Part shown: positions 25,601 to 40,200 of the stretch, piece by piece
Layout: each line of letters opens with the position of its first letter
How positions within the stretch are numbered: position 1 is the first letter of the stretch
From: Ptychomitrium polyphyllum
Taxonomy: Eukaryota
Length of the DNA: 64,000 nucleotides
NCBI GenBank assembly: GCA_973851085.1
Contig: OZ316776.1
Coordinates: 16,058,001-16,122,000 of the forward strand
Direction: 5' to 3'
Notes under the pieces: generated by a model
What the model was told of the DNA's origin: nothing
What the model saw: only the letters and a program-made list of their open reading frames with translations
The model's database searches: none
Position numbers and translations under genes: made by a program

Positions 25601-28600
25601 GCAGTCTACACCCTAGTCAGTGCTGCAAGATAGCCGGCAGAAGTTTTGAGCTGACCGACTGACCGTGCTTCCCGCAGCCCAACTAATTTTCTACTCCTCA
25701 ATCACAGACAGAGTGACAATCGGAACGTCATTAAGATAATTCCTTTATGTTAAGCTGACCAGATCCACCGGCACTGACTGACTACTCAGCTTCCCATGGA
25801 AACCCTGTAGGTTCTTTCTGAGACGAAATCCTTGCACACTAGATTGCATTTCCTGTGTTTCCAAACGGCACGCTTGCATTTGATTTCCTGATGAGTTTCT
25901 GGTAAGGGGAAGCTCCTCGCAGCTGCCAGTTTCTGGGCTCTCCGGGAAGAAGCACCTCAAACGACATCACTGGACTTCTTGGTATACATTCTCCATCCTC
26001 TCCTTCCTAGTAGAAATCATAGGGGTCGTAATGATACTTGCTGAAGAAAAAAAAATTGACCACACTGCCATTTGTTGTTTTAAAAAATCTCTTGAGTTAT
26101 CAAAAATCGTTGGAGATCGTGGGCAACTCTGAGAAGAGTTGCTTCTTTTTCCATTACTTCCCAATATTTTGGTGTGCTGTAGTAAAGTCAGAGGAGAAGC
26201 AAATTTGAGGTCAAACACTTTTCAGCTGGCTTGTGGCTGGCAACACTTGACGTCATCAACTACTGCCCCAGCCAGATACTAGCTGGCACCACTAATTATC
26301 CTGTTTAACAAGCTGCTACGGGCATGTTTACATTGCAAGTGCCTTCAATCAAATGCATGATAACTTAAGTAACAATGAAATGGTTCAGTGAAAGATACTG
26401 TAACTATGCTAATGACCCCAGTTGTAGGGTGGGCACTAAGGTTAACATTGTTACTGTACTGAGTGCATCAAAAATGTCTCTTTTTCTTTTGCTGTTGCTG
26501 TTGGACGAGCTTCCTACGGCTACAAGAACATGGTTTTCTTTTTAGCACTTGGGGAAACTTTAGCAAGAAGATTTGAACATACTAAACTAGATAATTTTGT
26601 TCTATAGGAACAGGTTCTGGATTGTTGAAGTTTTAAAATGTTTATAAGCTTCAAAGGACCACCTATTAGACACTCATGAAATGTAATATGTATAGAGTAG
26701 TTCTTTGTGCTTACAAATAGGCTAAAAGGAAGTAGATAAAGTAGTTTTTGAACTTCTTACATTCATTTTCAGGTTACCAATAGTATGTTAGAAAAGCAAA
26801 ATACAAATAATAATTTTTATATTTGTCACAGTTTTTTATACTTTAAGCTATTCTTTTTTCTGTATTGAACAAAATCAATTCCAACCATTTGTATTGCTTT
26901 GTATATTTTTTCATACCTCATGGATATATAGATTTGTATTAGAATGGAACTAATAAAGATTTCCAAAAAAATTATCAAAGATTGAAGTCATTGTATGTAA
27001 GAATAAACAAACAAGTAGGTTCTTTGCAATCATCATTACTGGTTGGCAATCATGGATAGCCAAAATAATTAATTTGACAAATTGTTAAAGAGATTTAACA
27101 CATGATTAACAAAAGTAATAATCACTAAGTATTTTTGGTTATCAACCTTCCAACCAACTTAATGAAACATCAAGATTATTCAATCATTCAATTTGTTTTA
27201 AAAAGAGTTCAATATCCTCTATTGTATCAATGCATATAAATTAGTAATCAATCTGAATTAATTTTTTCCTTCTTAAGATTAATTTTGTATAAAGATCTCT
27301 TTGAACACCATGGCATGGAAAAAAATTTATGGTCAATTTAAATTGTCTTTAATTGAAGATAAAGATTGTATGTGAATTTAAATCATCAATCTTGACCCCC
27401 ATTTGGATCTTATATAATTTAGATTTGGTTTTCTACATTCCAACGTAAGAATGCAATACTATTATAATTATTAAATATTTTGGTCATACACATGCTATCT
27501 TTTTGATAAATATTTAAAAAATTAATTAATTTTAATTAAATTTGCAACAGACACTAGTCCTATGATATTTATTTTTAAACTTTTATAACTTACCACAAGA
27601 TTTAAAATTCCACTTCATAAAATTTGGCTAATTTAATATTCAAAAAAAAAATCTTGAATTAATGCAAAAAAAATTGGTGTTAAGATTACTTAAACAACTA
27701 TTGTTGTAAAAATTGTAAATAAAATTTTCATAAAGGAGTATGTTGAACTAGATTAAAATCATTGGAAATTTTCATATTCATAAATACATATATATTTTCC
27801 CCATTATTGTTGACACCCAATATGAAATTAGTTTTCAAAATATTCATTTATGATATGTTATGTGATAGCATTACAAGTTTCATCATTTTATTCAAAAGAC
27901 ATCTACCATGATCAACCAACAAATTCATTATCTAACAAGTTTGTTGCTTTTATGCAATGGGGAGTCTAGCGTGTTGAGCAACAAATGGATGATGTGTTGC
28001 GTAAATGAAATAGTCTTTTAGAATAATGATTACTTAAACCCAAAAATTGTGTGATGAAGGTGGCTAGCCCACCATTTTAATTGTCCTTGATCACCTCTAT
28101 GCATGATTAATGCTTAGTAATCATGTGTTTTGCTTCTCACAGTACTTGGAAGTTGCTTATGTTTTAGGTGATAGGGAATACAAAGTTCAGTACTTAGAAA
28201 CCTTCCCTGAGAATTGTGTGATGTCATGCACATATATAAATTCCAGTTGACCACTCAATTGTAATTTGCATGACCAAATGATTAAACCAGATTGTGCTTC
28301 AGGATTCCTTCTTCATGAGATTACATTAGCACTCATTTGAGAAAACAGGAAAATAAAAATCATCAACATAGTTAATTGATTCAACTCGTACAAAACTAGA
28401 GGATTCTAACCTCCAAAAATTATCTGCAATCGCTCAGAAGTCTCACATACATTCCAATTTCCTTCTTGGGCTTTTACACAGACCTATTCCAATAGGTGTG
28501 CAAGTTGCTTAAGAAGGGCATAATGATGTGCATAGATTGAAAATTTTGAATTCAACCCTGTGGAACCCAGGCACCCACTGTCTGCTTGCAAAACTGATTG

Positions 28601-30170
28601 TAAAGAGAATAGCTTTGGATCAAGAAAAAGATAGGTATTTGTACTTCAAGGTTCAGAGTTTGTGTTGTTACTGTGCACACCATCTGCAGTAATTTGTTCA
28701 TGACAATGATTACCTTAAGTCAATCAAATACATGCAAATAGTTCACTGTAGCAAAATAGACTGAACACAGTATGGTGAAAGATGTGTGTCAAGCTGAAGA
28801 ATAATGAAACGATGATCTGCAAAAGAACTTGAGAATGTGAAGCCTGTGAACAACTTTGGTGCAGTTACCATTCTGACCAGAGGTTGTTTTTCAGCTGGAT
28901 GAAGTTATCATGACCTGATACGTTCAGATGCAACTAAGTTTTGGATTTTTCATCGTTTGCTTGAGCATGTTTGAACAGTACTTGGAAAGATTGGACATGT
29001 GCTTCTTTTAAGAGGGCTAAAGATGACCTCATCAGAAAACAACTGTAGATTCATATATCATTGTGGCAAACATCATACTTTCTAGTGTTTGTTTTAGTTT
29101 GGGTTGAACTTTATATCATCAATTTTTCTTTTCACCTTTATATTTGATTGATTGACCTCTTAAACTCTGAATTCTGCTTTCCATATGTGGAGGTGGAGAA
29201 TGGTATTGCATGCATACAGATCTATTAAATGTGTGCAAGCATTTGTACGTTGGGGTTCTAAAAATCCTGTTAATTTTCTGAATATTCATTTGGTCTCCAC
29301 AATGTTGTACTGAAAAACTAACTAGATGTTACATTCTTGGAATTGCAGTGTTTCAATTTAGAACATTTATAAGAAATGTTTGATTCAAATTTGAACCTCC
29401 CCATAATGTTAGAATCCAACTTCTAAAAATACCTGACAAATGTTTGTAATGATATTAAAGATTCACTTTTGAATGTGCTCAAGATTTTGCATACATATGT
29501 CTAGTATGGTGACTACATATTGTTCAGTGAGATAGTACAATAAGGGGACCAAGTTTAGGCACAATCACTAAAACCAAAATTAATTGATGAACTTTCTACA
29601 GAAACCACTATGGGCTCCAAAGGGTTAAAGCATCAGCTTGAGCGATCCCATATATGCAAACTAAAGCAAGGTTTATGAAACTAATCCTTTGCTTCTTATA
29701 CAACCACATGAAATTGTTCAATGCTTCCTTTGAATACCCTCCTTAGCTACAAAGAGTACTTTCATCACCAACTAATCTTTGCTAAAACTAAAGCATATTA
29801 TGTTCTTTTTAAAAAAGTGTCAAAAATTTTTAAGAATTTTCAAAATTTTTATGAACTTTCAAATGCAAGTTCTCTTTTAATTATTTTTTAAATGCAAATT
29901 AAATATTTAAAATCAAGAAAGCTACTAAGAATTAGTGGACCATCATTTTTTAATGAAAAACTGATGAAGATTGCTTGCTTCAATTGCTAAAGAATGTTAT
30001 ACAAGTTATTTTCACCAAACTTGCTCAATTTTTGAAAAACTAGAACTAAAAGTCAAATTAGCCAAAAATGATAATTAAAACTTGTGATTATAACCCAAAA
30101 TGGCATCAAATGCAAGCGGTTGGTACTAAATTTTACCTACAAATAAGTACCTTTGTGTATGAATGGATGC

Positions 30171-30385
30171 AAAATATGGCTTGTACATGGTCTTAATGTT
30201 CACATTACATGACTCAAATATGCATCTTTTAGTTTTTAATGAATGTGTTTATGAAAATATGTGGCAAATATGTACATACCGTACAATCCATACACTCCAA
30301 ATATTTGCTATACGTTTGTAATATACAATCCAAAGATATATTCTATGCTTGTTGTATGTTTGATTATAGATAGGATGTTTTTTAA
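30171..30385 (+). repeat. Dispersed AT-rich repeat, copy 1 (degenerate TE fragment)
   Basis: Aligns by eye with 37018-37235: aaatatggc..gtctyaatgttcac..tacatgrctcaaatatg...tacaatcyatacaytccaaatatttg...atccaaagatrtattctatg. Confidence 0.65.
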
Positions 30386-33300
30386 TAGCAGTGTGAATCT
30401 TTGCATAGATGACTTTTAATAAGTAAATATAAAAAACAAGAAACTAATATTTAATTGTCTACCAAATTTTAGATAATGAAAGCACGCTTTTATTAGATTT
30501 TTTTCATTTTGATCATATGAAAAGTAAGTATATATTTCATAATACCTTTATATATAATATATATTCTTTGGACCATATACCAAGGTTGCATAATATACAT
30601 TTGGATTGTATATTATTAATATATTTTTGTATTCAAATATAAATTATATAGAATCCAAATATATTATGCATACTAAAGTTATACATTGAATGTATAACAT
30701 GTGTAATAAGGCTATTTAATATAAATTTAGGCTCTAAAATATATATTTGGATGATATACAAATCTTTATCCGCATCTACACTGGATAAATGGAATTGTTT
30801 TTATTATAGGGATCAATATAATAATATCAATATCACTACCAATCACTTGTATTACGTACTACATCCTTTTATAACTACAATCTTGTTTTTAGCTTTTTGC
30901 TAATTATACCTTAAACTTTAGTCATTTAACATATGAATCATTTGCTGACCACATGTTGATTACATAAAATTTAGACTTTTAAAGGATTAATATGATGCGC
31001 CTTCTCAAACACTTGTATCATTATGTACCAATGTGTAACTTTTTTGTTTAGAGTTTTAAAAAGTGAGAGAACACTTTTTAAACGTATCATAAACTCATCC
31101 AATTTTCAAAGACTGAGGTGGATGAAATTGCTCCTTTCCATTAAGGTAATGAGAATGACTATAATCAAAACTTAAAGAGGTTATGAACTGTTTGGCGACA
31201 GCATGTTGTGTTGCTACTTCCATGGTAGTGTTCTAAATTGATTAAAAACTGACCTGTGTCACAGTAACAATAGTTTTTGTATACTACAGTGGCATCCAAA
31301 CACAGCAGTATACAGTGGTCCACCACTGTGTACAGGACTCTCCTTTTCATGAGAGTCCTTGGGATGTGAAAGAATAATTCTTTTGTGGAAGTACGAGGAT
31401 AGTTGGCAATGGGGCCAAATTTTGGAGTGTATGGACATGTAATCATCTCCACATCAATAAGAAGGCAAAAGTGCTCTGAGATAGAACAAGCAGTCGCTTC
31501 AAATATTCCATGTACTGTTGGAAGATGGAGCAGCTCCGTGTTGAAGTAACCTTGAGGACCACAATCTACATGCCAAACAGTTCAGTTTCAAAGAGGCAAA
31601 GTGAAGTGAAGCAGGGCATTGTAAGAGCTTCTACCAGTATTGGAATTTACTTCTCTTACATCAAAATAAGAAAATAAAATCATAATTCTACTAATTGATG
31701 GATTCAGTTTCTTGACTTGGAATGTTGATTTATGTTTGAAAAGTGAACCTCTTTCATTGTTTGACCTTGTTATCAACGAAACAGTCTCCTGTGGTTTTGA
31801 GAAGACATCTATTTTATATACATGTGCCAAAAGTTTTAATATGTTATTAATGCTATTAATGTTAATAATGTCATTGTGAAATACAATAATTTTAACATAA
31901 TTTTTATTTGTGTTTGGAAAAGTGTAGAATAGAATGACATACATGCTTTGTGTAGCTTACACATAATGTTCTTTGGAAGGAATGGTTCTTTGGTGAGCCA
32001 TCACATTGCTCCACCTAGGTTCAAAACATGAAGAAAGCGTAGTTTTTGGTGCATCTCTTGATGATTGAATCATTTAAAACTTTATAAAGTTGATTGGAAA
32101 CGTGGTGATTTATAACTGGTTGCATATTACACGCAAGAAGCACATCAATTATGTACTTGTACAAATTCCAAAATACTTGCTTTAATCAAATCTTAAGGTG
32201 ACATGTAGATATGTGGAGTCTTTCTACAACTGGACAATAGCAATCAATCAAGCAATCACATAGAAGAAACGTTACGTTAGTCCATTTAATCTCTGGATCA
32301 TTTATCTGTTTTTTTTATCTACATATGACAATGAAAATAATTCTTTAACAAAAATGATTGCTAGACATTAACACATTTAACTTTATATATATAAAAATTA
32401 CCAAAACTTAATTGACGTACAAAGTTGACATCCATGAGTTCTCATATATTTAATATTATTATATAACCATTTAAAAAAATTACACTAATAATGAATTGAC
32501 TATATAGCATTAAAAATTTATAGAAGCATTATGTTTATAAAATATGGTGGTTCATTAGAGTTGTAGGACGGTCAATACTATATTATTATGTTATTAAATA
32601 TATCAATAGTGAATAATATAATCTAATCTAATAATTAATTTTAGAAACTACTACAATAAATGTATGTAATGTATGTAAAGTACGCATACTTGTTACTACC
32701 ACCTATAAAAGCATTGATAACCACCAAATGTATATTGATTATTCATCAAAAGCAATATGAAGTAGAAAATGCATCGTGCAAACCTGCTCATTCACTCGCT
32801 AGCAACTTCCTATTCCAATCTTGGAATCCAATTAAAATTTGTAAATTCACTTTAATTTAATTGACACGTGTTTTTTTATATAAATAAATAAATAAAAGAG
32901 TAAAGAATGAGCGCAAGAATGTTGATCCAAGAGTTGACATTAAGTGCAATTAAATGTATAAAATGGTGGTAATGGAGAAAATAATAAACTCATTCTAGAT
33001 GAAAATATGATTTCTACAAATTCTACAAATAATTGTAGTTTTTGTAAATTATAGCTGAAGATGGAGTTTCAAAAAAAATTATCTTAAAATAAGTTGAATC
33101 TGTTGGAAATATGAACATTGTTTTTCATTTTCTTTGATTGTTTTTATTGTATTTTTCATTTCTGATTAAAATATAAATAAAAAAATTATATTTTTTGTTG
33201 TTTAATACAACATTTTTTTCCATTAAGTTTTAACTATTAAGTGATCAATTGTTTTAAAATTATAAAATAGTTCAAATTCTTGAGTTGTAAACATAGAAAA

Positions 33301-34734
33301 TTTAAAGATAAAATCTGAAATTAATGATAGAATCTTGATTATTTATTTAATATTTGTTTTATATCATATAATTCTACATAAATGCAAAAATATCACAAAT
33401 AAATAATACATATACTAGTTTAAAGAATCCATCTTGATTTAAAAAAAAATTATATACTATAAAGTTTTAAGATAATAGTACACAAAAATGATAGAATGGA
33501 TTTGATGTATGAAAATTTCTCATTATGGATGAATGAACGATTGATGTTTATATTTTTTAGTGGATGAAGGATTAAACTAGATGTCTTGGATTTGCAGCTC
33601 CTTTTATTTAATGAAGGTTTTTTTCTTTCCAAAAGTGTCAATATTCTTCTAATTGTGTATGTTTTTTCTAATAGTGATTGCCACAAGTTGAAAATGTAAA
33701 GTAAGAAACATCAAAAATTTTAACTAGAATAGGATTCCAAAAATTAGTACCTGTTGCAAAATCCTTAGTAAAATAGTTTTTAATATAAGATTCACATATC
33801 AAGCAAAAAATCTAAAAATGTGTTAATTTTTTAAAAAATAATCCTTCCAAATAAATTACCTATTTTTACTTTTATTACCAATATTTTATCTTAAGAGAAT
33901 GATCCAAATTCAATTGATACAGATGCAGATACACATTTAGATACAACTTACTGCAAAGTCAACGTCTACTGAGATTGGATTAATTTTCCCTTTATTTGCA
34001 TCAGAAAAACGTTTTGTTGGAATTGACTTGTTTTATTACTCAATTGCACAATAATCATGAACTCTTGATATTGACATATCATTCAATTGAAGTGATTAAT
34101 AAAAATTCACTATTAGAATGTCATTACAAATTTCTTTAAAACCTCTAACTGGAAAAATGAGTACTAATTTCAAAAGAACTTCAACTACATGCAAATCAAA
34201 AACCATGTACAATTATTCAATACAAAAAAAGTACAAAATATGTAATGTAGTGAAAAACAAAGTTCACAAACCTAGATCTAAGAAGTTTGACTCCATGGTC
34301 ATAGATCCAAACACCTTCTATTATGGTTGTCCAAAATGACCTTGGAATTAGCATGGTAGGTTTTGGTTCTACTTAAAATTGAGCCTCAAACCTCTAAAGC
34401 AGTTTCATGTAAAGCTCACATGAGGACAACAAGGTCCACTCTGATGGTTTTGCAGAGGAGCATGTGCATCAACGCTTACTACAGCGATGAGGGTTCAAAG
34501 TTGGCACTTATGAACTTAACATGATAATCCACTCTAGAGATACCTGTCACCCTTGAGGATTTGCCGTGGAAACATAATTGTTTTTCAATGAAACGCCATG
34601 CTGTCCATATGGAATCCTGAGTCAGCACCAAGTCACTCTGGACATCAGAATTTACACCTCCAGTCACTTGTTAAAACAACAGAGAAACTGTAGACCAGTG
34701 ATCTTTTCGGTTCAGGACAAAGATCAGCAAATTG

Positions 34735-34823
34735 AAAACTTTGCCATGTAAAACTTGGCCATGTAAAACTTCGCCATGTAAAACTTTGCCATATAAAACT
34801 TTGCCATATAAAACTTCACCATA
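34735..34823. repeat. 15-bp tandem repeat, about 6 copies
   Basis: Unit AAAACTT(T/G/C)GCCAT(G/A)T repeated head to tail. Confidence 0.9.
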
Positions 34824-37017
34824 CCATCCAGGCTGCTTGGGTGCTATTTATTTTTCCTTGTGTGTTATACCAGGGTTGTATACATGTGCTACCTACATGA
34901 TATCTAGGTAATACTTAGGGCTCAAAGTGGTTATTTATCTAGGATCCATATAGGGAAATTTGGTATTCACTTTTTGGTAGCAAGTTCACTAAAATTAGCA
35001 GAAAGCATCACTTCTATAGATGCTATGTTTCTGTGAATTTTAAATTACCAGTATTGAATAGGGTTATTGAAGTATGAAGAATTTTTTTAATTCATAAACA
35101 AAATTTTGCATGTTTTAAAGTTCTTTGCCATTTTGACTTTTAATCTAATGTATTGAAAGTCCAAATATATTAAAGTGTTGTAAAAAGTTTAAAATACACA
35201 AAGCTCTTCATATGAAAAGGAATGTTATAAATTGGAATATAAAGAATATTTGTGTGTTTTTCTAAATTGATTGGTATTTTGAGTAAAGATGTGGTCATTG
35301 CATGAATTTCTTATTAATAGTATTGTTTTATATTTCAATTTTCTTGTTGAAAATAGTAAAAACTATATCTTATACCATCCATTCTAAAAATGAAGTTTAA
35401 AATAAAATGTGAATTACTACAATGGTCTATACTACCAACATCAAAGGTTGACAAATTTTCATTGATACAAAAAGATACTTTATAATGCTTTGTAAACAGT
35501 ATAATCTATATGAAGAGATTCACGATAATATTGAATGATGTATAATAGAGAATATCATTTGAATGTGCTCATTAGAAGAAAAAAAAAAAGTTCCAATTTC
35601 TTTGGATATTGTGCTAATTAAAACTATGAATTTTAAACACTAGGCTTATATGTGCCTACAGGATATGATTAAATTTAACAATTATAAAAACACAGTGAGA
35701 AAAAAAATTTGCATGAAAAATAATAATTAGTGTTGCATGGCATTGAATGCCATAAGAAATCACTTTATAATACTTTCTACATAATAATTTATAGGCCTCA
35801 ACCAATAATAGTCTGGCACATGTTAATTTTCCTTGCAAATTGTCCACTTGGCATCTAATTAGTAAATACAGGAATGTCGAGAATTAAAAAATATATAGTC
35901 AAGTACAAGTAAATAAGAATATATGTTTTAACACTAGTAGGAACGTCCAAAAATTTAAATACGTGTGTTTGGCATTTCTTTTGGATCATTTATGTATTTT
36001 TTTGATTTTTTTATTAATATAAATTCATTAATTTTTTCTAACATTAACATAATATTACCAATTATATTCCAATGAATTAAATCATGTTTTTTAAGAAATC
36101 AAAGATGTCATATGTTATTGGACTTTAACATTTAATAAACGTATACTTGATATTAAAACAGACATTTGAGTATTTGATATAAATGCTACTTTTATTATAG
36201 TTGTTTTGACGGTATGAATTAATATGCATGTTACACAGACCATTTTTTCTTGTATTTATTGATGTTCTAAATTATTATATTTAAAATTTATTATATTTAA
36301 TATTATATGACATATGAGTGAGGTATATTTCTATACATAAATAAATAATTACAAAAACATTACATATTATTATACATTATATTGTATATTTTTTTTGTTA
36401 AACATTTGATTTATCTTTATCGTTGGTAACATCAATGAAATTATTTAGAATTATATCAAGTTTATTGCACTTCATATACTAAAAAATGAAGAATTTTATT
36501 ATTAATAACAAATTGTGATCATTTAAAAGTAAAACCTGCAGTTCATGAAGTATGTATTTACAAAACTATCTTCTACAACAAATAAGTTAAATGTGAGCAT
36601 TTTCCAAATTTTCATCCATTTCTTTATCCACCATTACACCTTTTTATAACATTTTTAATAATTGAAACACCTCACCTTCATGTATAGAGGTGGGATACAA
36701 ATTTTTGCTTGATATTTGATTGCACCTACTTCATGAGGTGATAAGTGAACCAAGCCAAGTAGCAAAAAAAATGACTTGCATTTGGATATGTCTTTAATAT
36801 TTAATTCTAAAATTCTATAAATTCTAAGAATATAACAATATTTAATTTTCTTAATACTTTTGGAATCAAAAGATAGTATACAAAATCAAAATCTACTATA
36901 TTAAATAATACCAGCTTGCAAACATCAATGACTTGATTAGCACAAATGTATCATTAAAAAGAGCATCAATATTTAAATCATTTTAAAGGGCTATAGACAG
37001 TGTAAAGAAATGGTGTT

Positions 37018-37235
37018 AAAATATGGCACGTATTGAGTCTCAATGTTCACTCTACATGGCTCAAATATGTACCTTTTTGTTTTTGTAAGTTTATTTTATA
37101 AGTAGTATGCTGCTTTCATATACATACAATCTATACATTCCAAATATTTGTGGTTTACAATCTATATTTGTAGTGTATGATCCAAAGATGTATTCTATGA
37201 TTGTTATATATATAGTATAGGAGAGAGGGTTTTTA
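37018..37235 (+). repeat. Dispersed AT-rich repeat, copy 2
   Basis: Diverged direct copy of 30171-30385. Confidence 0.65.
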
Positions 37236-40200
37236 GTGGAAGTGTGGATTTAAGTTATTAAAATTTGCATAGGGTTAGATATGAATTTAAATGCATAGAT
37301 TTATGGGATGCTTTTTAAAAATAGCATGGCTAATTTACTTGCTCAAACTCCTGTTTCTTTTTAAAAACCCTATGGACTTAAGGGCTGATTGCAAACCTTG
37401 AAGCAGGGTGAGATAGTGTACAATTTGAGTATGGCAAACAAGTTTTGCTCAAGAAGTATCTAATGCAAAACTGGTTTATGAAATACACAAAGTCACATTC
37501 AAATTCTTGAGCTTTCTAGGGTCTGTCACTGCATTCTCAATATTCACACAGCCTACCTGACTAAATTGACTGGCCCTGGGGACAAAGAGGTTGCCATGAC
37601 GCTGCCAGTTGTGGGTTTTGGTAGTGATCAAAGAGTTTGCAATGGTTCTAAATTTAAAAACTGCAAAAGTCTGTACCTCTTATACAGAATTTCTGATCCC
37701 TTGCTTACAAGTTACAACCTCAATCACAGCTCACATACATTGAATCTCCTGCTTGGTTCAAAGAATTCACATAAATGATAATGTTATCCGCAGAGAATGA
37801 GTCCTCCAAAGTTCATGTCCCACTTTCATGCAATCAAAATCAAGGGAATTCCATGGCCCTGTGGTTGGTTTCTGTGCCAAGACACTCATAACATTTTTAT
37901 AACCAAGGTAACTGCTCCCCCCTGGAATAAGGGGTTGAGTGCTTTTATTCCCTGCTTTCATCTCATATAAAACCACCTACAGAGTTATGAACTGCTCAAG
38001 TCTAAAGCAGATCCAATTTGTGAACATCAGCTGTCCAGGAATGGGCCATTATTTGTGAAAGTGCCCTGTGCAGTGTTTTGGTGCAAGTGCTGCAAGGATA
38101 GGAACTTCTTATGGCTGTGTTTGCAGTGAGGGGATGCCAAACACAAAGTTGGTCCTTATTCCTATCACTTCAACACACACACCCTTGACACATATAGCTC
38201 CTACAAACTGGGTAGCTTAGTTAGTTGTGTTGATGACCAGGCAATTTTTCTACTCCTAGATGGTCTAGATGTTCAACCTAGATACTTTTTTTTAATACAA
38301 CCTAAATACTTCATGTCATTCCTCTACACTTGCCTAAACTTCAGACAATGATTTGCAATTAGGGTTATAGAATGAGGTGATCTTTTCTTTGACACGAATG
38401 CTTGATTTAGGGTTGGTTGTTCTCAAATCACCACTTTAAGATATTACAACTATTTTCTATAAGGCTATTTTTGAAAAACAAGTACATAAAACAAAAGAGA
38501 TTGCATGGTGAATGTAAATCTATTGACAATTTGATTTCAAGTGTCGGAATCATTACAAATCTTCAAAATGAAAAGTAGTTTGGTATCCAACATTATGATG
38601 CAAGTTGTGTTAACATTCACTTATGGTGATATCTAAAACCACCAATTGGATCTTGCAATTGGTGGATCTAACCAGCATATAGGGAGAAGTGATGGTTCAA
38701 GGATAGATAACCATATGTGAAGATGACAAAACAAGAACGTTGCTCCGCACTGAGGTTGCTGTCAAGGCCAGTGATGGTATGTTGCTGCTATTGGCACCAG
38801 CCAGTATATGTGCTCACGGCATTCCAAATGTTGAAGGATGGACATGGAACACAATGCATGATGACAGCAGGTGAGTTAGAAAGACAGCAGTGGAAAGCCA
38901 ACAGGTCAACAAGCCTGTTGCTACATGCCTGAAGAAATGGAATGGATGAGTCCATTTGCACTTCTTATACTTCCTGGGCAAGCTACATGAAATGTTATCC
39001 AGAAGGGCTTCATTGACAGTGCACCAGCTCAGTTTCAATCATTTTTCATTCAATTGTTTTTTATTGCAGTGCGGCATTGAACATAATAAACAAACAGATC
39101 CCCATCAAAGACCCTGAGAAAACTTAAACTCTCGGTTTTATGTGGTCCTGAGGTTCAAGTAACTTTTTGGAGGTCTTTTAGGTTTGGAAAGTAACAGTGG
39201 TTTTTTATGTTTAACTATTTTCCAATTTAATTGTAAGTGTGAACATCTCTGCATTGTGATTTTCCAAAATTAGATGAATGAGGCCAATAAACAAGCGGTT
39301 TTTCGTTTTCATCCCTCATATCTTCAGTTAAATTAGTAAATGAATTTGTACACTTGTTTTTAGCAAAGTTGACTGCTTGAAGATGGAAGAAATGAAAAGG
39401 TTTCTTTTACCATTTCTAACCAAATTTAATAGACTTCAATTCCTCTTGAAGTTAGCTTTAAGCACTAAGATAGCTTGAGCGTTCTTCACCATTGTAAAGA
39501 AGACCATGTTAATTAGATGTGTACCAAATTGAGAGGTAGCAAATAGGTGCAGCTTTTTCAAAAGTAAATTACATAAAAAGGTAATCCTAAATCCTAGAAA
39601 CCTTCTTCATGTACAAATTTTTTTTGAAAAAAATCTGATGGTAAATATATTCAAATCAATTCTATAAAGGAATACCAGGTTTTTAAGTTTTTTATTATGT
39701 GGATAATTTCGAACGACCATGCCTCACATTTCTAAACAGGAATTGTAAAAACCGGACATTATAGCTGTGGAAAAATAACTATTGTCACTTTCAGCACCTT
39801 TTATAACATAAATTTTAATATCTGCAAAATTCTCCCAAATTTGGTAGAGGTTAGTTTCTTTTTGAATCAAGCTTAGATATTCAACTGCTTCAGAAAAACA
39901 GTAATCTAATTTGTTTTATGTATTAGGTTATACAAATGTAAGACATGCTTATGAAATAATATGTATTATAATTTTATTATGATATAAATATATTTAATAG
40001 ATAATTTATTATAAAATGATGAATGCTAAAATTTATTTTGGCTTGTTCTTGTAAGGCAAATGAAAAACATATGATGCATTTTGTATAATGATTTGATAAG
40101 ATTTGCTTAGTTGCTTAGCAAATTTTAATTTCTGCAAATTTTAAGATGAAGTATGTAAGCAAATTTATGGATCGTTCATTTTATACTATTAAAATTACAT

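Noticed and set aside
37560..39050. Short ORFs in a CpG-depleted, moderately GC stretch
   Set aside because: Frames are broken by stops, with no recognisable domain or coherent exon chain.
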